Numbered from the stretch's first letter, positions 48,987 through 61,626 are shown. The stretch is 64,000 nt of DNA from Phormidesmis sp. (GCA_965248535.1 CBDFJR010000005.1:1024001-1088000), one strand, 5' to 3'. Numbers and translations: made by a program. The notes: generated from the sequence alone by a model not told the origin.

Positions 48987-50342
48987 TCAAGACGGGGTTG
49001 GGTTGCGCTGAGTTTTTTTGACCAGAGCCGACAGATCAGCCGACAGATCAAGCGGGATAGATTGGGGCTGATGAATATCTCGGACGGAGGGCGGCAAGCT
49101 AGACACCGAAGCGGCAGTTCGTTGGGCGATCGTGCTCAAGCTGTCTGATTCTTGCACTCGCTGCCCCTGTTTGAAAACTAGCTGCATTAAAGGTTGTTCA
49201 TGGTCAGGCGTTTCGTGGATTAAGCCTAAGCGATCGTGCTGCACGATTCCGTTTTCGATGCGACGAAAAATCTGCTTTCGTCCAGGGTAAGTGATCTTGC
49301 CGGGAGACTCTTTCATCACTGGGATGCCGTCAATCTCGACCAGTTTATAGACTCCGTTCACGGGCGCACCCGTTACAAGCTGTGTGCCAATGCCATAGCC
49401 ATCAATGCAGGCTCCGGCCGCTCTGAATTCGGCAATTTTCCACTCGTCTAAGTCACCACTGGCGATGATTGAGACACCGGGCAACAGCTCGCGCACCTGT
49501 TGAGACAGAGCCACGAGATCGCCCGAATCGATTCTCACCCCTGATAGCTGGAGGGTTCCGGCTTTAATCTGCTCGGATAGGTGGCGGGCGGCGGCGATCG
49601 TGTCATAGGTGTCAATCAGCAAAGGCGCACCCGGAAAGTAGCGGTGAAACGCGGTGAATGCCTCTGCCTCAGTGCCTTCTGTAGCGCTCAATGCCATCAC
49701 GAGGGCATGGGCCATCGTCCCAGCAGGTTTGCGACCTAACTTAACCGCCGCTAAGACATTGGACGTGGCATCTAACCCGGCTGCCAGGGCTGCACGAGCC
49801 GCCCACAAAGCTCCTTGTGGGCTAAAGGCGCGACGGGTGCCAAACTCTAATAGGGTTGCGTCGGCTCCGGCTACGTCTCGCATTCGCGCCGATCGGGTGG
49901 CGACAAGAGTCTGATAATTTAGCGTGTTGAGTAAATAAGTCTCGACGAGTTGCGCTTGCCAGAGAGGAGCTTCTATCCGCAATAACGGCTCGTTGGCGAA
50001 AATGGCGGTTCCTTCGGGCACGGCCCAAACGTCGCCGCTAAACCGAGCTTCTCGCAGCAGAGTCCAAAATTGGGTAGGGGCGTGGTCAAAAATGCCCATC
50101 GACTGAAGCGCATCCACCTGAGCCGCACTGAATCGAAATTTTTCTAGATAATCTAGAGCTTGGGCAAGCCCGATCGCGATCAAATATCCAAATTTCTGAG
50201 GCAAACGCCGAACGGTCACCTCAAAACTGGCGCGACGCTGATCCAAATGTTCGCCCACATAGCAGGCGGCCATCGTTAACTGATAGAGATCAGTCAGAAG
50301 GCTATAATCGTCTGGCGTTAGGGTCAGTTCTACGTCTTCCAC
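48987..50342 (-). CDS. pncB: Nicotinate phosphoribosyltransferase
   Basis: LLTDLYQLTM, EFGTRRA, GTMAH, LIDTYD and VRIDSGD motifs. Confidence 0.95.
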   Translation of the reverse strand: MEDVELTLTPDDYSLLTDLYQLTMAACYVGEHLDQRRASFEVTVRRLPQKFGYLIAIGLAQALDYLEKFRFSAAQVDALQSMGIFDHAPTQFWTLLREARFSGDVWAVPEGTAIFANEPLLRIEAPLWQAQLVETYLLNTLNYQTLVATRSARMRDVAGADATLLEFGTRRAFSPQGALWAARAALAAGLDATSNVLAAVKLGRKPAGTMAHALVMALSATEGTEAEAFTAFHRYFPGAPLLIDTYDTIAAARHLSEQIKAGTLQLSGVRIDSGDLVALSQQVRELLPGVSIIASGDLDEWKIAEFRAAGACIDGYGIGTQLVTGAPVNGVYKLVEIDGIPVMKESPGKITYPGRKQIFRRIENGIVQHDRLGLIHETPDHEQPLMQLVFKQGQRVQESDSLSTIAQRTAASVSSLPPSVRDIHQPQSIPLDLSADLSALVKKTQRNPTPS

Positions 50343-50414
50343 CCGATTCTCCTTAAATTGATAAAGGGCAGACTGGCTAAACGAAGGTGCAGAAGGTTGG
50401 GCGCTATTCCAGAA

Positions 50415-50435
50415 TTATAGTCAAAAGAACCATAA
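50415..50435. promoter_or_regulatory. NrtR-binding palindrome
   Basis: TTATAGTCAAAAGAACCATAA, a 21-bp GT-N7-AC palindrome upstream of the operon that encodes NrtR. Confidence 0.75.
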
Positions 50436-50650
50436 ATAAGCAAGAAAGATCTTCAGGTTCTCTGTTTTTTGGACAAAGAGCCGCTAGATGCTTCCATCAC
50501 GGCTTATATCTAGAGAGAATTCAGATTTTGTTTTTAGTGATTCTCATCAAAAATGTCTGCCTTTGGCGAGAGGGCGATCGCCAAGAAAAGTAGCGAGAAG
50601 CCAGGTGTGCTCTCATCAAAATCTTGTTCTGAAAGCAAAATTCTCAGAAC

Positions 50651-52576
50651 TTACCGGGACGACAGTCCGCGTTGTTCTTGACGTTCACGAATGCGATCGA
50701 GCGTCCCGACTGGAATGGCCGCAATTAACTGACGGGTATAAGCCTGTTGAGGATGGCGATAAATCGCGTCAGCCGTGCCGACCTCTTCAATTTTGCCGCG
50801 ATTCATCACAATGATGCGATCGCTCATAAACTTCACCACGCTCAAATCGTGAGAGATAAAAATGTAGGTCAAGCCAAACTCAGATTGCAGTTCTTTGAGT
50901 AAGTTGAGCACTTGCGCCTGCACCGAGACATCCAAAGCCGAGACCGACTCATCGCAAATGATGAATTTGGGATTGAGCGCCAGCGATCGGGCAATGCAAA
51001 CCCGCTGCCGCTGCCCACCCGAAAACTCGTGGGGATAGCGCTTCATCAAATCAGGGTCTAACCCCACCCGTTGCAGCAGATAAGCTGCCCGCTCTCGATG
51101 TTGCTTGCCCTTGCCGCGCCCATAAATTTGCAGCGGCTCCATCACCGCTTCGCCAATGTTGAGACGCGGATCAAGCGAACTGTAGGGATTTTGAAAGATG
51201 ATCTGCGCTTCTCGGCGCAACTGGCGTACCTGATCGGACGGCAGCGACAGAATATCTTTGCCCTCAAACAGCACGTTTCCACTTTTGGCGACAATCAGCC
51301 GCAGCAGGGTTCTGGCCAGAGTCGTTTTGCCACAGCCAGATTCACCCACCAGTCCCAAGGTTTCGCCGGGGTAGACATCAAACGAGACATCGTTAACCGC
51401 CATCACATAGCGCTTGGTCTGTCCAAAAATGCCCCGGACTGGAAACGCGACTTGCAGGTTTTGCACGGAGACAAGGGGCGCTTTTTTCTGAAGATCCTGC
51501 GATCGGGCATTAAATTCAGCATCGCTAATCTCCTCAGCACTGCGTAGCGCGGCAGCCACATCCTGCTGTTTGGCTTCGATCCGCGTTTCCCCGGTCGGCA
51601 ATTTAGAGACGCTCATGAAATCTGAGACGGTGGGCAGATAGCGCAGGCGACGATCGGGCTGAGGGCGACAGGTCAATAATCCCTTGGTGTAAGGGTGTTG
51701 GGGATTAGAAAAGATCTCTAAAACCGAGCCATATTCGACGATTTTGCCCTCATACATCACGGCAACTTGATCGGCAATCTCCGCGATTAAACTCAAATCG
51801 TGGGTGATAAACATCATGCCCATGCCGCGCCGATTTCGCAGATCTCGCAGCAAATCTAAAATCGTGGCTTGCACGGTCACATCGAGCGCCGTCGTTGGCT
51901 CATCTGCGATCAGCAACGTGGGATTGCAGGAGATCGCCATCGCAATCATCACGCGCTGAATCTGCCCGCCTGATAGCTCATGAGGATAGCGATCGAGCAT
52001 CGCTAATTTTTGACGATTGATCTGACGATCGATTTCGGTCTGACTCGGCTGCGGTTCATCTGAGGAAAATTCATCTGAGGAGAATTCTTCTAAAAATCGG
52101 CGTTTTAGCTCGTCGTCCGACGGCAACAACTGCACTTCTTGCAAGAGTGAAACCGCTCGACGTTGAGCTTGATGGTCAGAAATCTTTTCGTGGAGACGAA
52201 TTGCCTCCGTTATCTGAAACCCACAAGTGTAAACCGGATTGAGCGAACTCATCGGTTCCTGAAAAATCATCGACAGACGATCGCCGCGATAATTTTGCAA
52301 CTGCTTGACCGGAACCCGCAGCAGATCCACAGGTTCGCCGATCGTTTCGGCATCATTAAACCAGATCTCTCCCCCCGTCACCCGACCCGGTGGATTGGGC
52401 ACCAACCCCATCACCGCTAGCGACGTGACCGATTTCCCCGAACCCGATTCCCCCACAATTCCCAGCGTCTGCCCCCGTTTGACCTGAAAGGAGATGCCAT
52501 CCACCGCTTTCACCGTTCTGGTGTCGGTTTTGAACTGTACTTGCAGGTCACGAACGTCGAGAATAGTGTCACTCAT
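50651..52576 (-). CDS. Peptide ABC transporter ATP-binding protein with two fused ATPase domains
   Basis: Two GESG.GK Walker A motifs and two YPHE.SGGQ.QR signatures. Confidence 0.95.
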   Translation of the reverse strand: MSDTILDVRDLQVQFKTDTRTVKAVDGISFQVKRGQTLGIVGESGSGKSVTSLAVMGLVPNPPGRVTGGEIWFNDAETIGEPVDLLRVPVKQLQNYRGDRLSMIFQEPMSSLNPVYTCGFQITEAIRLHEKISDHQAQRRAVSLLQEVQLLPSDDELKRRFLEEFSSDEFSSDEPQPSQTEIDRQINRQKLAMLDRYPHELSGGQIQRVMIAMAISCNPTLLIADEPTTALDVTVQATILDLLRDLRNRRGMGMMFITHDLSLIAEIADQVAVMYEGKIVEYGSVLEIFSNPQHPYTKGLLTCRPQPDRRLRYLPTVSDFMSVSKLPTGETRIEAKQQDVAAALRSAEEISDAEFNARSQDLQKKAPLVSVQNLQVAFPVRGIFGQTKRYVMAVNDVSFDVYPGETLGLVGESGCGKTTLARTLLRLIVAKSGNVLFEGKDILSLPSDQVRQLRREAQIIFQNPYSSLDPRLNIGEAVMEPLQIYGRGKGKQHRERAAYLLQRVGLDPDLMKRYPHEFSGGQRQRVCIARSLALNPKFIICDESVSALDVSVQAQVLNLLKELQSEFGLTYIFISHDLSVVKFMSDRIIVMNRGKIEEVGTADAIYRHPQQAYTRQLIAAIPVGTLDRIRERQEQRGLSSR

Positions 52577-52716
52577 AGTCGGAAGAGCACAGCTAGCAGA
52601 ATTGTGATCTAAATTACGTGGATCTTAACAAGGGTTTGAGGATCGCGATCGTGCTCAAAGAGTCAGTCGTGAGGAATTTATCAAGCGTCGCTGACGGACG
52701 ATAATTAGAGCACCCG

Positions 52717-53673
52717 CTAAAGCATTGACAATTCACCCACCACATCTAGACGCTTATAGCGCCCGATCGTCAGATAGCTTTCTGAGAGCGTTTCGGCCAC
52801 TGAGGGCGTGATCCAGCCCATTTGTTTAAGAACGTGAATGGCGATCGCATATTTCGCCCGTTTGGCCCCGTCCATAACTTTGATCGCTAACCCTAACCCT
52901 TCACCGACTCGCCCGACACACTGCACGCCTTCGGCACCCGATTTGCTGACAATTTCTCCTTCGGTCAGCCGCATCAGTTCGGTGTCAAATTCTCCATCGC
53001 CTGACACCATAATTGGGTGGTGCGTCATCGCTCGTGAGATCCGCTCCATATCCAGATTATTGCCCGATGCAAGTTGGGCATAGAGCCACGCCAGTTGCCG
53101 CAGTTGCATAAAATAAGTGGGGGCACCGCAGTCGTCTTTGGCCACAATAAACTCTGCGCCAGGAATCTTTAATAGCTCGGCAATCTTCGCCAAGATTAGC
53201 TGCTGAACGGGGTGATTTCCCTGAAGATAGGTGTTGAGGGGCAGCCCGCGCTGCTGACAAACGGCCAGCATTCCGGCGTGCTTGCCAGAGCAGTTATCTT
53301 GAAGCGGACTCTGTTTTTGAGGCGGAATCGGACACTGCACCGCACCGGGATCGATGTCGGCTCTCCAGAGAATATTAAAGACTTGCCTAACCTGATGAAT
53401 CGACCCTTTGTGAGAGCTACAGATAATAGCTAAGTCACGATCGGTCAACCCATAGCGCTCTAGCGTCCCGGTGGCGGTGACGGCCAATGCCTGAAAGGGT
53501 TTTAGCGCCGATCGAGCAAATGTCGCCGTTTCAGCGTTGCCCGCCATGAGTAAAATGCGACCGCGATCGTCACAAATTGCCGCCTGAGCGTGATGCACAG
53601 ATTCGATAATGCCTTCGCGCAGAAGTCTGACTTCCAGTTCTGCTGATGCGTGAGTTCTTCTTCCCCTTGTCAT
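52717..53673 (-). CDS. L-asparaginase II family protein
   Basis: RSALKPFQA, NCSGKHAGML, DDCGAP and SKSGAEG motifs. Confidence 0.9.
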   Translation of the reverse strand: MTRGRRTHASAELEVRLLREGIIESVHHAQAAICDDRGRILLMAGNAETATFARSALKPFQALAVTATGTLERYGLTDRDLAIICSSHKGSIHQVRQVFNILWRADIDPGAVQCPIPPQKQSPLQDNCSGKHAGMLAVCQQRGLPLNTYLQGNHPVQQLILAKIAELLKIPGAEFIVAKDDCGAPTYFMQLRQLAWLYAQLASGNNLDMERISRAMTHHPIMVSGDGEFDTELMRLTEGEIVSKSGAEGVQCVGRVGEGLGLAIKVMDGAKRAKYAIAIHVLKQMGWITPSVAETLSESYLTIGRYKRLDVVGELSML

Positions 53674-53715
53674 GTGTAGAACTCTAGCATTAGAGGGAAC
53701 CCCGATAGAAAAAAT

Positions 53716-54216
53716 TTATGCCGCCCACCAGACCACACTCCCAACACAAAACAGCAGCGCCACAATCTGAAACGTGCGGCTGAGACGCTGCAAAATTGGC
53801 TCGACCTGGTAAGTGACAACGAGGCGATCTTGAGTCAACACCTCTACAGGCTTTTCCCAGGTTTGACCGTCATACCAGCCCGATTCTTCATAAAAAACGG
53901 TGGTGTTGAGCAGCCGAGTTTTGACATAGCGCCAACCCAAATAGAGCCGCAGCAGCGCCAACGCCGGAAAGATGCTGGCTCCGGCTGCTGCCAATAGCCC
54001 AAACTGGGTCGGGTGTTTGGCGGGCGCAAAGCTCACCGCCGCTACTGGGCCCGACACCAACCAACTCAGACCCCAAAGCACGATCGTGGGCTTGACATAG
54101 GCAAATAAGTCAAGAGTTGCCCAGCGGAAAAACCAAGATTCTTTGAGGTCTTGATATTCGTTAATTGGTCTCTGCTCTAGCGGGACTGGGCAAACGACAG
54201 ATGAGTTCATAACCAA
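53716..54216 (-). CDS. CGLD27/Ycf36 (DUF1230) protein
   Basis: CPVPLEQRPINEY and YEESGWYDGQTWEKP. Confidence 0.9.
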   Translation of the reverse strand: MVMNSSVVCPVPLEQRPINEYQDLKESWFFRWATLDLFAYVKPTIVLWGLSWLVSGPVAAVSFAPAKHPTQFGLLAAAGASIFPALALLRLYLGWRYVKTRLLNTTVFYEESGWYDGQTWEKPVEVLTQDRLVVTYQVEPILQRLSRTFQIVALLFCVGSVVWWAA

Positions 54217-54320
54217 GTCAGGGAAGTAAACAGAAACAATCTACCCGTCAGTATAAAAGAGTTTTGAGCGTTGAGGTTTAAGTTATGAGTTGGCTGAAAC
54301 CCTCAACGCTGCGATCGTCT

Positions 54321-54740
54321 CTAGCTGGCGATGTCGGCATAGGCCATGCGGGGCGCGTGTCCCCAAAAGGCTTCTAGGTCATAGCGTTCTCGCTCTGGCG
54401 GCATCAAAACATGAACAATCACATCGCCATAGTCTTCGAGCACCCATGAGCCTTCTGACAACCCTTCAGAACGCAGAGGTCTGCGATTCATCTTTTCAAG
54501 GATTTTGTCTTCGATCGCGCCCGCGATCGCCCGCACCTGCACTTTAGAAAAGCCCGTAATCACCACAAAATAATCGGCTAAAACGGTGACTTCTCCAACT
54601 TTCATCAGCGTGATCTCTTCGCCTTTGCGATCGTCAGCAGCTTCGGCAGCCAGAAGTGCCAGATCATAGCTACGATCGGGAGCGGTTTGAGTTGTGCCAG
54701 AGACGGTAGAAAGAATTTGCTCTTGGGTGAAATCTGTCAT
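54321..54740 (-). CDS. rsfS: Ribosome silencing factor
   Basis: DDRKG, ADYFV, WVLEDYGDVIVH and YDLEAFW motifs. Confidence 0.95.
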   Translation of the reverse strand: MTDFTQEQILSTVSGTTQTAPDRSYDLALLAAEAADDRKGEEITLMKVGEVTVLADYFVVITGFSKVQVRAIAGAIEDKILEKMNRRPLRSEGLSEGSWVLEDYGDVIVHVLMPPERERYDLEAFWGHAPRMAYADIAS

Positions 54741-54825
54741 TAATGGTTAAGTTCCTATTAGTTAAGAGTCGATGAGAGGAGGCAATGAATCATTTCCTGG
54801 GGCGGCATTGACCTAAATTCCCAAG

Positions 54826-55458
54826 CTAATGTTTTCTGGGGCTGCGTTTGAAAACTTTTTGTAGAAACCAGTTGCGAGTCAAAACAGTGCGCGGATGAAT
54901 CGGATGACGAGCGTCTAATAGATGGGTCAAGGAACAATCAGCTAATCGCCAGATGGCTTGATCGAGATCTCGCCGACTGAGGTGCCGCAACTCTTCTAGC
55001 TCAGGCGTGCTGCCCCGTCCGGGTTCTAGCCCATCTGCCAAGTAGACCACACAGCTTAAGGGACTCATGCCCGGACTGCCCAAGGTGTGATCGCGGATCG
55101 CCTGCAAGACTTCTGGGTCACGAACGCCAAATTCATCTCTGGCTACGATCGCCCCCACCTCAGCATGGAGCAAGTGCGGGTTAGTCAGATCCACTGCGTC
55201 AAGAATCAACCCTTCTTCTTGAGCCATCTGCAACAGACGCATGGACTTAAAAAACTTTGCCAAGTCGTGCATCAAGCCAGCTTGAGCAGCTTTTTTTGCG
55301 TCTAGACCATGGCAGTTTGCCAAATCGATCGCCATCTCTTCTACGCGCAAGATGTGTCGAATCCTCGTGTCAGGAACGTTGTCCTTTAGCCAGGATAAAA
55401 CTGCCTTCCGTTGATCAGGATGGGTTGGCGGCGATAGTGGTTTAAGAGATTGGGACAC
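54826..55458 (-). CDS. yqeK: HD-domain Ap4A hydrolase
   Basis: RIRH, LMHDLAK, LLHAEVG, HTLG and ADGLEPGR motifs. Confidence 0.9.
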   Translation of the reverse strand: MSQSLKPLSPPTHPDQRKAVLSWLKDNVPDTRIRHILRVEEMAIDLANCHGLDAKKAAQAGLMHDLAKFFKSMRLLQMAQEEGLILDAVDLTNPHLLHAEVGAIVARDEFGVRDPEVLQAIRDHTLGSPGMSPLSCVVYLADGLEPGRGSTPELEELRHLSRRDLDQAIWRLADCSLTHLLDARHPIHPRTVLTRNWFLQKVFKRSPRKH

Positions 55459-55646
55459 AATAGAAGTCAGAAAACTCCTGGATTCGCTAATTTCATTTTA
55501 GCGCAACTGATTTGATCGCTTCATTAAGCCTTATATCCGTCTACTATTATCGATTACTTGTATCGATTACTTAGATGAAGCTGGGCGATCGGGTTCACTT
55601 CAGAGAGATTAGCAGCAACGATCGCCTTTCAACGAGTTCATCTCAA

Positions 55647-56810
<1,164 letters not shown>

Positions 56811-56873
56811 TCAGCGATCGCCAAGATTGGAAAACATTCATTTCGGACTTGAATCCAAAATCACCTAGCTGCC

Positions 56874-57110
56874 CTATTTCTTGTCGTCGGGAGTTGCCGT
56901 CTCGTCCACCATGCCATATTTCCGCATGAAGCGTTCCACACGACCTTCGGTGTCAATGATCTTCTGGGTGCCCGTGAAGAATGGGTGATTTCCAGACCAC
57001 ACATCGACGGTGAGTTGGGGCTTGGTAGACCCGATCGTCATCACAACTTCGCCGTTGCAATAGACTTTGGCTTCGGGATACCACTTGGGATGAATGTCAG
57101 GTTTAGGCAT
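56874..57110 (-). CDS. rpmE: 50S ribosomal protein L31
   Basis: IHPKWY...HPFFTG...GRVERF. Confidence 0.97.
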   Translation of the reverse strand: MPKPDIHPKWYPEAKVYCNGEVVMTIGSTKPQLTVDVWSGNHPFFTGTQKIIDTEGRVERFMRKYGMVDETATPDDKK

Positions 57111-57187
57111 TGAGAGTCTCCATAGCTAATTCAACTTTAACAGGTTGGTCAGGGTGATGGTCGATCGACCGATAGCCGAAGACAACC

Positions 57188-57595
57188 TTAGCGCTTCGAG
57201 AACTGAGGCGCTTTCCGAGCTTTTCGCAGACCATATTTCTTCCGCTCTTTGGCGCGAGGGTCACGAGTCAGATAGCCTTCGGTTTTGAGGGGCTTACGAT
57301 TGTCGGGGTCGAGTTGGCAGAGCGCACGAGCCACGCCGAGACGAATGGCATCGGCTTGTCCCGTTAATCCACCGCCGTGGGCGTTGACGAGAATGTCATA
57401 CTCGCCTTCTAATCCCAAGGTTTCGAGGGGAGCTTTGGCAGCCGCCAAATATTCGGGGTTGAACTGGAGATAGAGATCTCCCGGCTTGCCGTTGACTGTG
57501 ATTTGACCTTCACCGGGAACGAGACGAACCCTGGCCACCGCAGATTTACGGCGACCTGTGCCTAGATAGACGACGCGACCTTCAGTGGCTTGCAT
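57188..57595 (-). CDS. rpsI: 30S ribosomal protein S9
   Basis: GTGRRK...KAPQFSKR. Confidence 0.98.
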   Translation of the reverse strand: MQATEGRVVYLGTGRRKSAVARVRLVPGEGQITVNGKPGDLYLQFNPEYLAAAKAPLETLGLEGEYDILVNAHGGGLTGQADAIRLGVARALCQLDPDNRKPLKTEGYLTRDPRAKERKKYGLRKARKAPQFSKR

Positions 57596-58050
57596 TAGTT
57601 AGCTCCTTTCGGGATGGTGTTGATTTCGAGAACCTGAGGCTTTTGAGCCGCATGGGGATGATTGGGGCCCGCGTAAACGTTCATTTTGGTGAACAGTTGC
57701 CGACCCAGGGAGTTTTTGGGCAACATACCTTTGACAGCGTGTTCAATAATTCGCTCAGGGATGCGCGCTTGCAGTTTTTCAAAGGTCTCGGTTTTCATAC
57801 CACCGGGGCGACCAGAGTTACGACGATAGAGTTTTTGACTGCGCTTTTTGCCCGTCACCTCAATCTTTTCAGCGTTGATGATGATCACAAAGTCGCCTGT
57901 GTCCATTGAAGGGGTGTAGGTCGGCTTGTTTTTGCCGCGCAGGATCATCGCCACTTCAGTCGCAAGCCGTCCGAGTCGCTGGTCGGCGGCATCTATAACG
58001 TACCAATTACGTTCTAGGGTCGCCTGGGGTGGGAGATAGGTTTTTTCCAT
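57595..58050 (-). CDS. rplM: 50S ribosomal protein L13
   Basis: LGRLA, DTGDFV and HPHAAQKP motifs. Confidence 0.98.
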   Translation of the reverse strand: MEKTYLPPQATLERNWYVIDAADQRLGRLATEVAMILRGKNKPTYTPSMDTGDFVIIINAEKIEVTGKKRSQKLYRRNSGRPGGMKTETFEKLQARIPERIIEHAVKGMLPKNSLGRQLFTKMNVYAGPNHPHAAQKPQVLEINTIPKGAN

Positions 58051-58119
58051 GACAGTGTTTCAGTTAAAGGGGTTAGACGGTTCTCAAAGAACCTGGCTGG
58101 GCGATCGCTGAACTAAGAA

Positions 58120-58995
58120 CTAACTCAAGCAATATTCAGGAGCTGTCCCAGAGGACTTTTTCTCAGTCATCGCAGTTGGCAAGACAAACCTGGGTTGAGT
58201 GTCATACCAAAGGTCGGGCAGAAAGGGCGATTCAGGATAGCCCACTCGCAGCAGACACAAGCCCTGAGGCGGTGCTGCATATTTCACTTCGTCTCGTCGC
58301 TGGTTTGTCCAGAGTTGGGTGAAGTCGTCGGGCGATCGCTCCCCTCGCCCCACCTGCACCAGCAAGCCGACCAAGAGTCGCATCATTCCATAGAGAAATC
58401 CGCTAGACTGCACCTCGATCGTCACGAGTGACCCTTGACGCTGACACTCCACCGCCTGGATGTCTACCCAGGAGTGCGGACGCGTCGAGCCTGTGCGATG
58501 AAACGCCGCCATGTGATGTCGCCCGATCATCGGGTCAAGCGCCGCCTGAATCAGCGCTTCATCCAACGGTGCGTGATAATAGTGCCACGCAAAAGGGCTG
58601 ACAAACAGGTTAGGGCGCGCTTCCGTAAACAAGGTGTAACGATAGCGTCGCCAGGCGGCAGAGAATCGAGCGTGCCAGGTAGAACTGACCGAAGCCGAAG
58701 CCCGAATTAAGATATCCTGCGGCAGGCGTGGGTTCAAAACGTCTGCCCAGCGCTGGGCCGGAATCAAAGTTTCGGCATCAAAATGGGCCACTTGAGCGGC
58801 TGCGTGAACTCCAGTATCGGTTCTTCCTGCCGCGTGAATCACCACAGGGCGGTTAAGCACCGATCGCAGCACCGTCTCAATCTCTTCTTGCACCGTGCGC
58901 TGATTAGGCTGTCGCTGCCACCCATGAAAATGAGTGCCCAGGTATTGAACAACCAGGGCAACCCGTTGAGTGGATTGTGATTCAGCAGCCAGCAT
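58120..58995 (-). CDS. truA: tRNA pseudouridine(38-40) synthase
   Basis: GWQRQ, GRTDTGVHA, HARF and APPQGL motifs. Confidence 0.96.
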   Translation of the reverse strand: MLAAESQSTQRVALVVQYLGTHFHGWQRQPNQRTVQEEIETVLRSVLNRPVVIHAAGRTDTGVHAAAQVAHFDAETLIPAQRWADVLNPRLPQDILIRASASVSSTWHARFSAAWRRYRYTLFTEARPNLFVSPFAWHYYHAPLDEALIQAALDPMIGRHHMAAFHRTGSTRPHSWVDIQAVECQRQGSLVTIEVQSSGFLYGMMRLLVGLLVQVGRGERSPDDFTQLWTNQRRDEVKYAAPPQGLCLLRVGYPESPFLPDLWYDTQPRFVLPTAMTEKKSSGTAPEYCLS

Positions 58996-59006
58996 GGTGT
59001 GTGAGA

Positions 59007-59357
59007 TCAGGTTAGCTCGATGATGGCCATCGCAGCGTTGTCGCCGCGACGGGGAACGGTGCGAAGAATGCGCGTATACCCACCTTGGCGATCGGCGTAG
59101 CGCTGAGGCGCTTGCTCAAACAACGCATGGACGAGTTGCTTGTCAAAAATATATCCCATCGCTTGACGACGAGCAGACAGAGAACCATCTTTGGCCAGGG
59201 TGATCATTTTCTCGGCTTCCGATCGGAGAGCCTGAGCGCGAACCTTGGTCGTTTTGATCCGACCGTTGCGAATCAGTTCAGTAGTCAAGGCTCTCAAGAG
59301 CGCTCGACGCTGATCCGCAGGTTTGCCAAGCATTGGAACTTTACAACGGTGCCGCAT
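59007..59357 (-). CDS. rplQ: 50S ribosomal protein L17
   Basis: MRHR...GGYTRI...RRGDNA. Confidence 0.98.
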   Translation of the reverse strand: MRHRCKVPMLGKPADQRRALLRALTTELIRNGRIKTTKVRAQALRSEAEKMITLAKDGSLSARRQAMGYIFDKQLVHALFEQAPQRYADRQGGYTRILRTVPRRGDNAAMAIIELT

Positions 59358-59464
59358 AGCTTTCGGGGATAGGGTCAGTTACAAAAATCGGGACATGAGC
59401 GTCCGCCCAGAAGTCGCTGTTTGTGAGAACGTTCAGCCCGAACGCCCTCACAAATGAGCGATGA

Positions 59465-60409
59465 CTAGCTGGGCTTAGAGGATTTTTCCATCGGTAGGGT
59501 AATCCCCAAGCGTTGTTGAAGAGCTTCGACCACTTCTTCGGCAGATTTCTGACCGAAATTCTTTATTTCGAGCAGGTCTTCCTGAGTGTAGTCCAGCAAA
59601 TCAGCAACGGAATTAATCTGCGCCCGCTTGAGACAGTTGTAGGCGCGAACTGAGAGTTGGAGTTCCTCGATCGGAATCTGGCTCTCAGGGCCTTCATCCC
59701 CCGTAAAGTCATCGGGCAACGGCTCAGAAGGGATGTCTTTGAGCGGGTTAAACAGATCGACGAGAATATTAGCAGCCTGGCTCAACGCCTCTTGAGGAGT
59801 CAAACTGCCATTCGTCGCGATCTCCATGATCAAGCGATCTTTCTCTAGATAACCGCCCGCTCTAGATTCAACACTGTAGTTCACCTTACGAACAGGCATA
59901 AAAACAGAGTCGATTTGGAGAAAATCGAGCGCCGCCGCATCTTCACGGGCTTTATCAACCGTTCGATAGCCTTTGCCCTTCTCAATCCTGAACTCCATTT
60001 CTAACGTCGAGTTAGAAGACAGCGTTGCAATGTACTGATCGGGATCGACTAGCTCTACATCGGCAGGTAAATCAAACTGCTCTGCGGTCACAGTCGCCGG
60101 GCCTTGCACCAGCAAGCGCCCGATCTGAGGCTGAGAAGAATGGCTCCTAAAAACCAGTTTCTTCATGTTCAGCATGATGTCGAGCACGTCTTCTCTCACC
60201 CCCGGAATCGTGGCAAACTCATGGCTGACACCCGCAATCCGCACGGCTGTCACGGCTGCTCCCTCTAAATTGGATAACAGCACCCGCCGCAAAGCGTTTC
60301 CAACGGTTGTTCCCTGACCACGCGCTAGGGGTTCTAGAATGAACTTACTATATTGGCTCTGGTCTTTGTCCGTAGTGGACTCTACACATTCAACCTGAAA
60401 CTGTGCCAC
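59465..60409 (-). CDS. rpoA: RNA polymerase alpha subunit
   Basis: GTG start at 60409; GNALRRVLLS, LSVRAYNCLKR and NFGQKS motifs. Confidence 0.97.
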   Translation of the reverse strand: MAQFQVECVESTTDKDQSQYSKFILEPLARGQGTTVGNALRRVLLSNLEGAAVTAVRIAGVSHEFATIPGVREDVLDIMLNMKKLVFRSHSSQPQIGRLLVQGPATVTAEQFDLPADVELVDPDQYIATLSSNSTLEMEFRIEKGKGYRTVDKAREDAAALDFLQIDSVFMPVRKVNYSVESRAGGYLEKDRLIMEIATNGSLTPQEALSQAANILVDLFNPLKDIPSEPLPDDFTGDEGPESQIPIEELQLSVRAYNCLKRAQINSVADLLDYTQEDLLEIKNFGQKSAEEVVEALQQRLGITLPMEKSSKPS

Positions 60410-60534
60410 GGAGTGACCTCCTTCTCCTTCTCGCTGAGGGTGACTACCCTCATTTGACTCTGAAATCACATCTCGCTGCTCGCTGTCAAAAGACAAATTG
60501 CAGCGTTCATCACTTGCTATGGAACTTGGCAACC

Positions 60535-60930
60535 CTAGACCCGACGGCGCTTGGGCGGGCGACAACCGTTGTGAGGAATGGGGGTCACGTCACGAATTAG
60601 GGTGATCTCCAGCCCGGCACCTTGCAGTGCTCGAATGGCGGTTTCACGACCTGCTCCAGGCCCGCTCACCATGACTTCACATTGGCGCATCCCTTGATCC
60701 ATTGCGCGACGGGCTGCGCTCTCTGCTGCCGTTTGAGCCGCAAAGGGAGTCCCCTTTTTTGCGCCCTTAAAGCCACTGGAGCCAGCCGATGCCCAAGACA
60801 CGACTTCGCCGCCTGTGTCAGAGATAGTGACGATCGTGTTGTTAAACGTAGATGAAATATAGGCCACCCCACTTGGCACATTTTTCTTTTGCTTGCGGGG
60901 TCCGGTTTTTCTGGTTGGTTGTCTCGCCAT
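60535..60930 (-). CDS. rpsK: 30S ribosomal protein S11
   Basis: STFNNT and [12 protein letters not shown]. Confidence 0.98.
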   Translation of the reverse strand: MARQPTRKTGPRKQKKNVPSGVAYISSTFNNTIVTISDTGGEVVSWASAGSSGFKGAKKGTPFAAQTAAESAARRAMDQGMRQCEVMVSGPGAGRETAIRALQGAGLEITLIRDVTPIPHNGCRPPKRRRV

Positions 60931-61034
60931 GTCTGAACTCTAGATCTAAAGTGCTAAATCAATGGGTGATTAAGTTGGCAACTGGCCTGAGCACCCATTG
61001 GCTCAAGCGCAACTACACAGGTGCCAAACGTTAA

Positions 61035-61418
61035 TTACTTCTTACCGGGTGCCTTCTTCTTACCTGCAACAGTACGACGACCTCCTCGACGGGTGCGGGC
61101 GTTGGTGCGAGTTCGTTGTCCGCGCACAGGCAGCCCTAAACGGTGCCGACGGCCCCGATAGGTGCCAATGTCCATCAATCGCTTGATGTTCATGTTCTCA
61201 ACCCGTCTCAGGTCGCCTTCAACCTGATAGCCGCTCTCCACCGCTTCTCTGAGAGTCGATACATCGGCATCGCTCAGATCCTTGACGCGGGTGTCAGGGT
61301 TTACACCTGTTTTGGCGATCACCTCTTTGGCCCGTGTCAATCCAATTCCGTAAATGTAAGTCAGACCGATCTCAACGCGCTTATCGCGAGGAAGGTCTAC
61401 TCCGGCAATCCGTGCCAC
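61035..61418 (-). CDS. rpsM: 30S ribosomal protein S13
   Basis: ARIAGVD and [11 protein letters not shown]. Confidence 0.98.
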   Translation of the reverse strand: MARIAGVDLPRDKRVEIGLTYIYGIGLTRAKEVIAKTGVNPDTRVKDLSDADVSTLREAVESGYQVEGDLRRVENMNIKRLMDIGTYRGRRHRLGLPVRGQRTRTNARTRRGGRRTVAGKKKAPGKK

Positions 61419-61512
61419 GCTTCTCTCTCCCTAACTTGAATTGCTTGAGGATAGTTATAAATCGCACCAAATTCCTGTCACTGAAGCCCTCTTCTTCGAT
61501 GACCGGAATGCT

Positions 61513-61626
61513 CTAACCCTGACGCTGTTTGTGCTTCGGGTTTTCACAAATCACCATGACGCGACCCCGACGACGGATGACGCGGCACTTTTCACAAATC
61601 TTCTTAACGGATGCTCGAACTTTCAT
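61513..61626 (-). CDS. rpmJ: 50S ribosomal protein L36 (absent from the ORF track)
   Basis: Manual translation: [37 protein letters not shown]. Confidence 0.97.
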   Translation of the reverse strand: MKVRASVKKICEKCRVIRRRGRVMVICENPKHKQRQG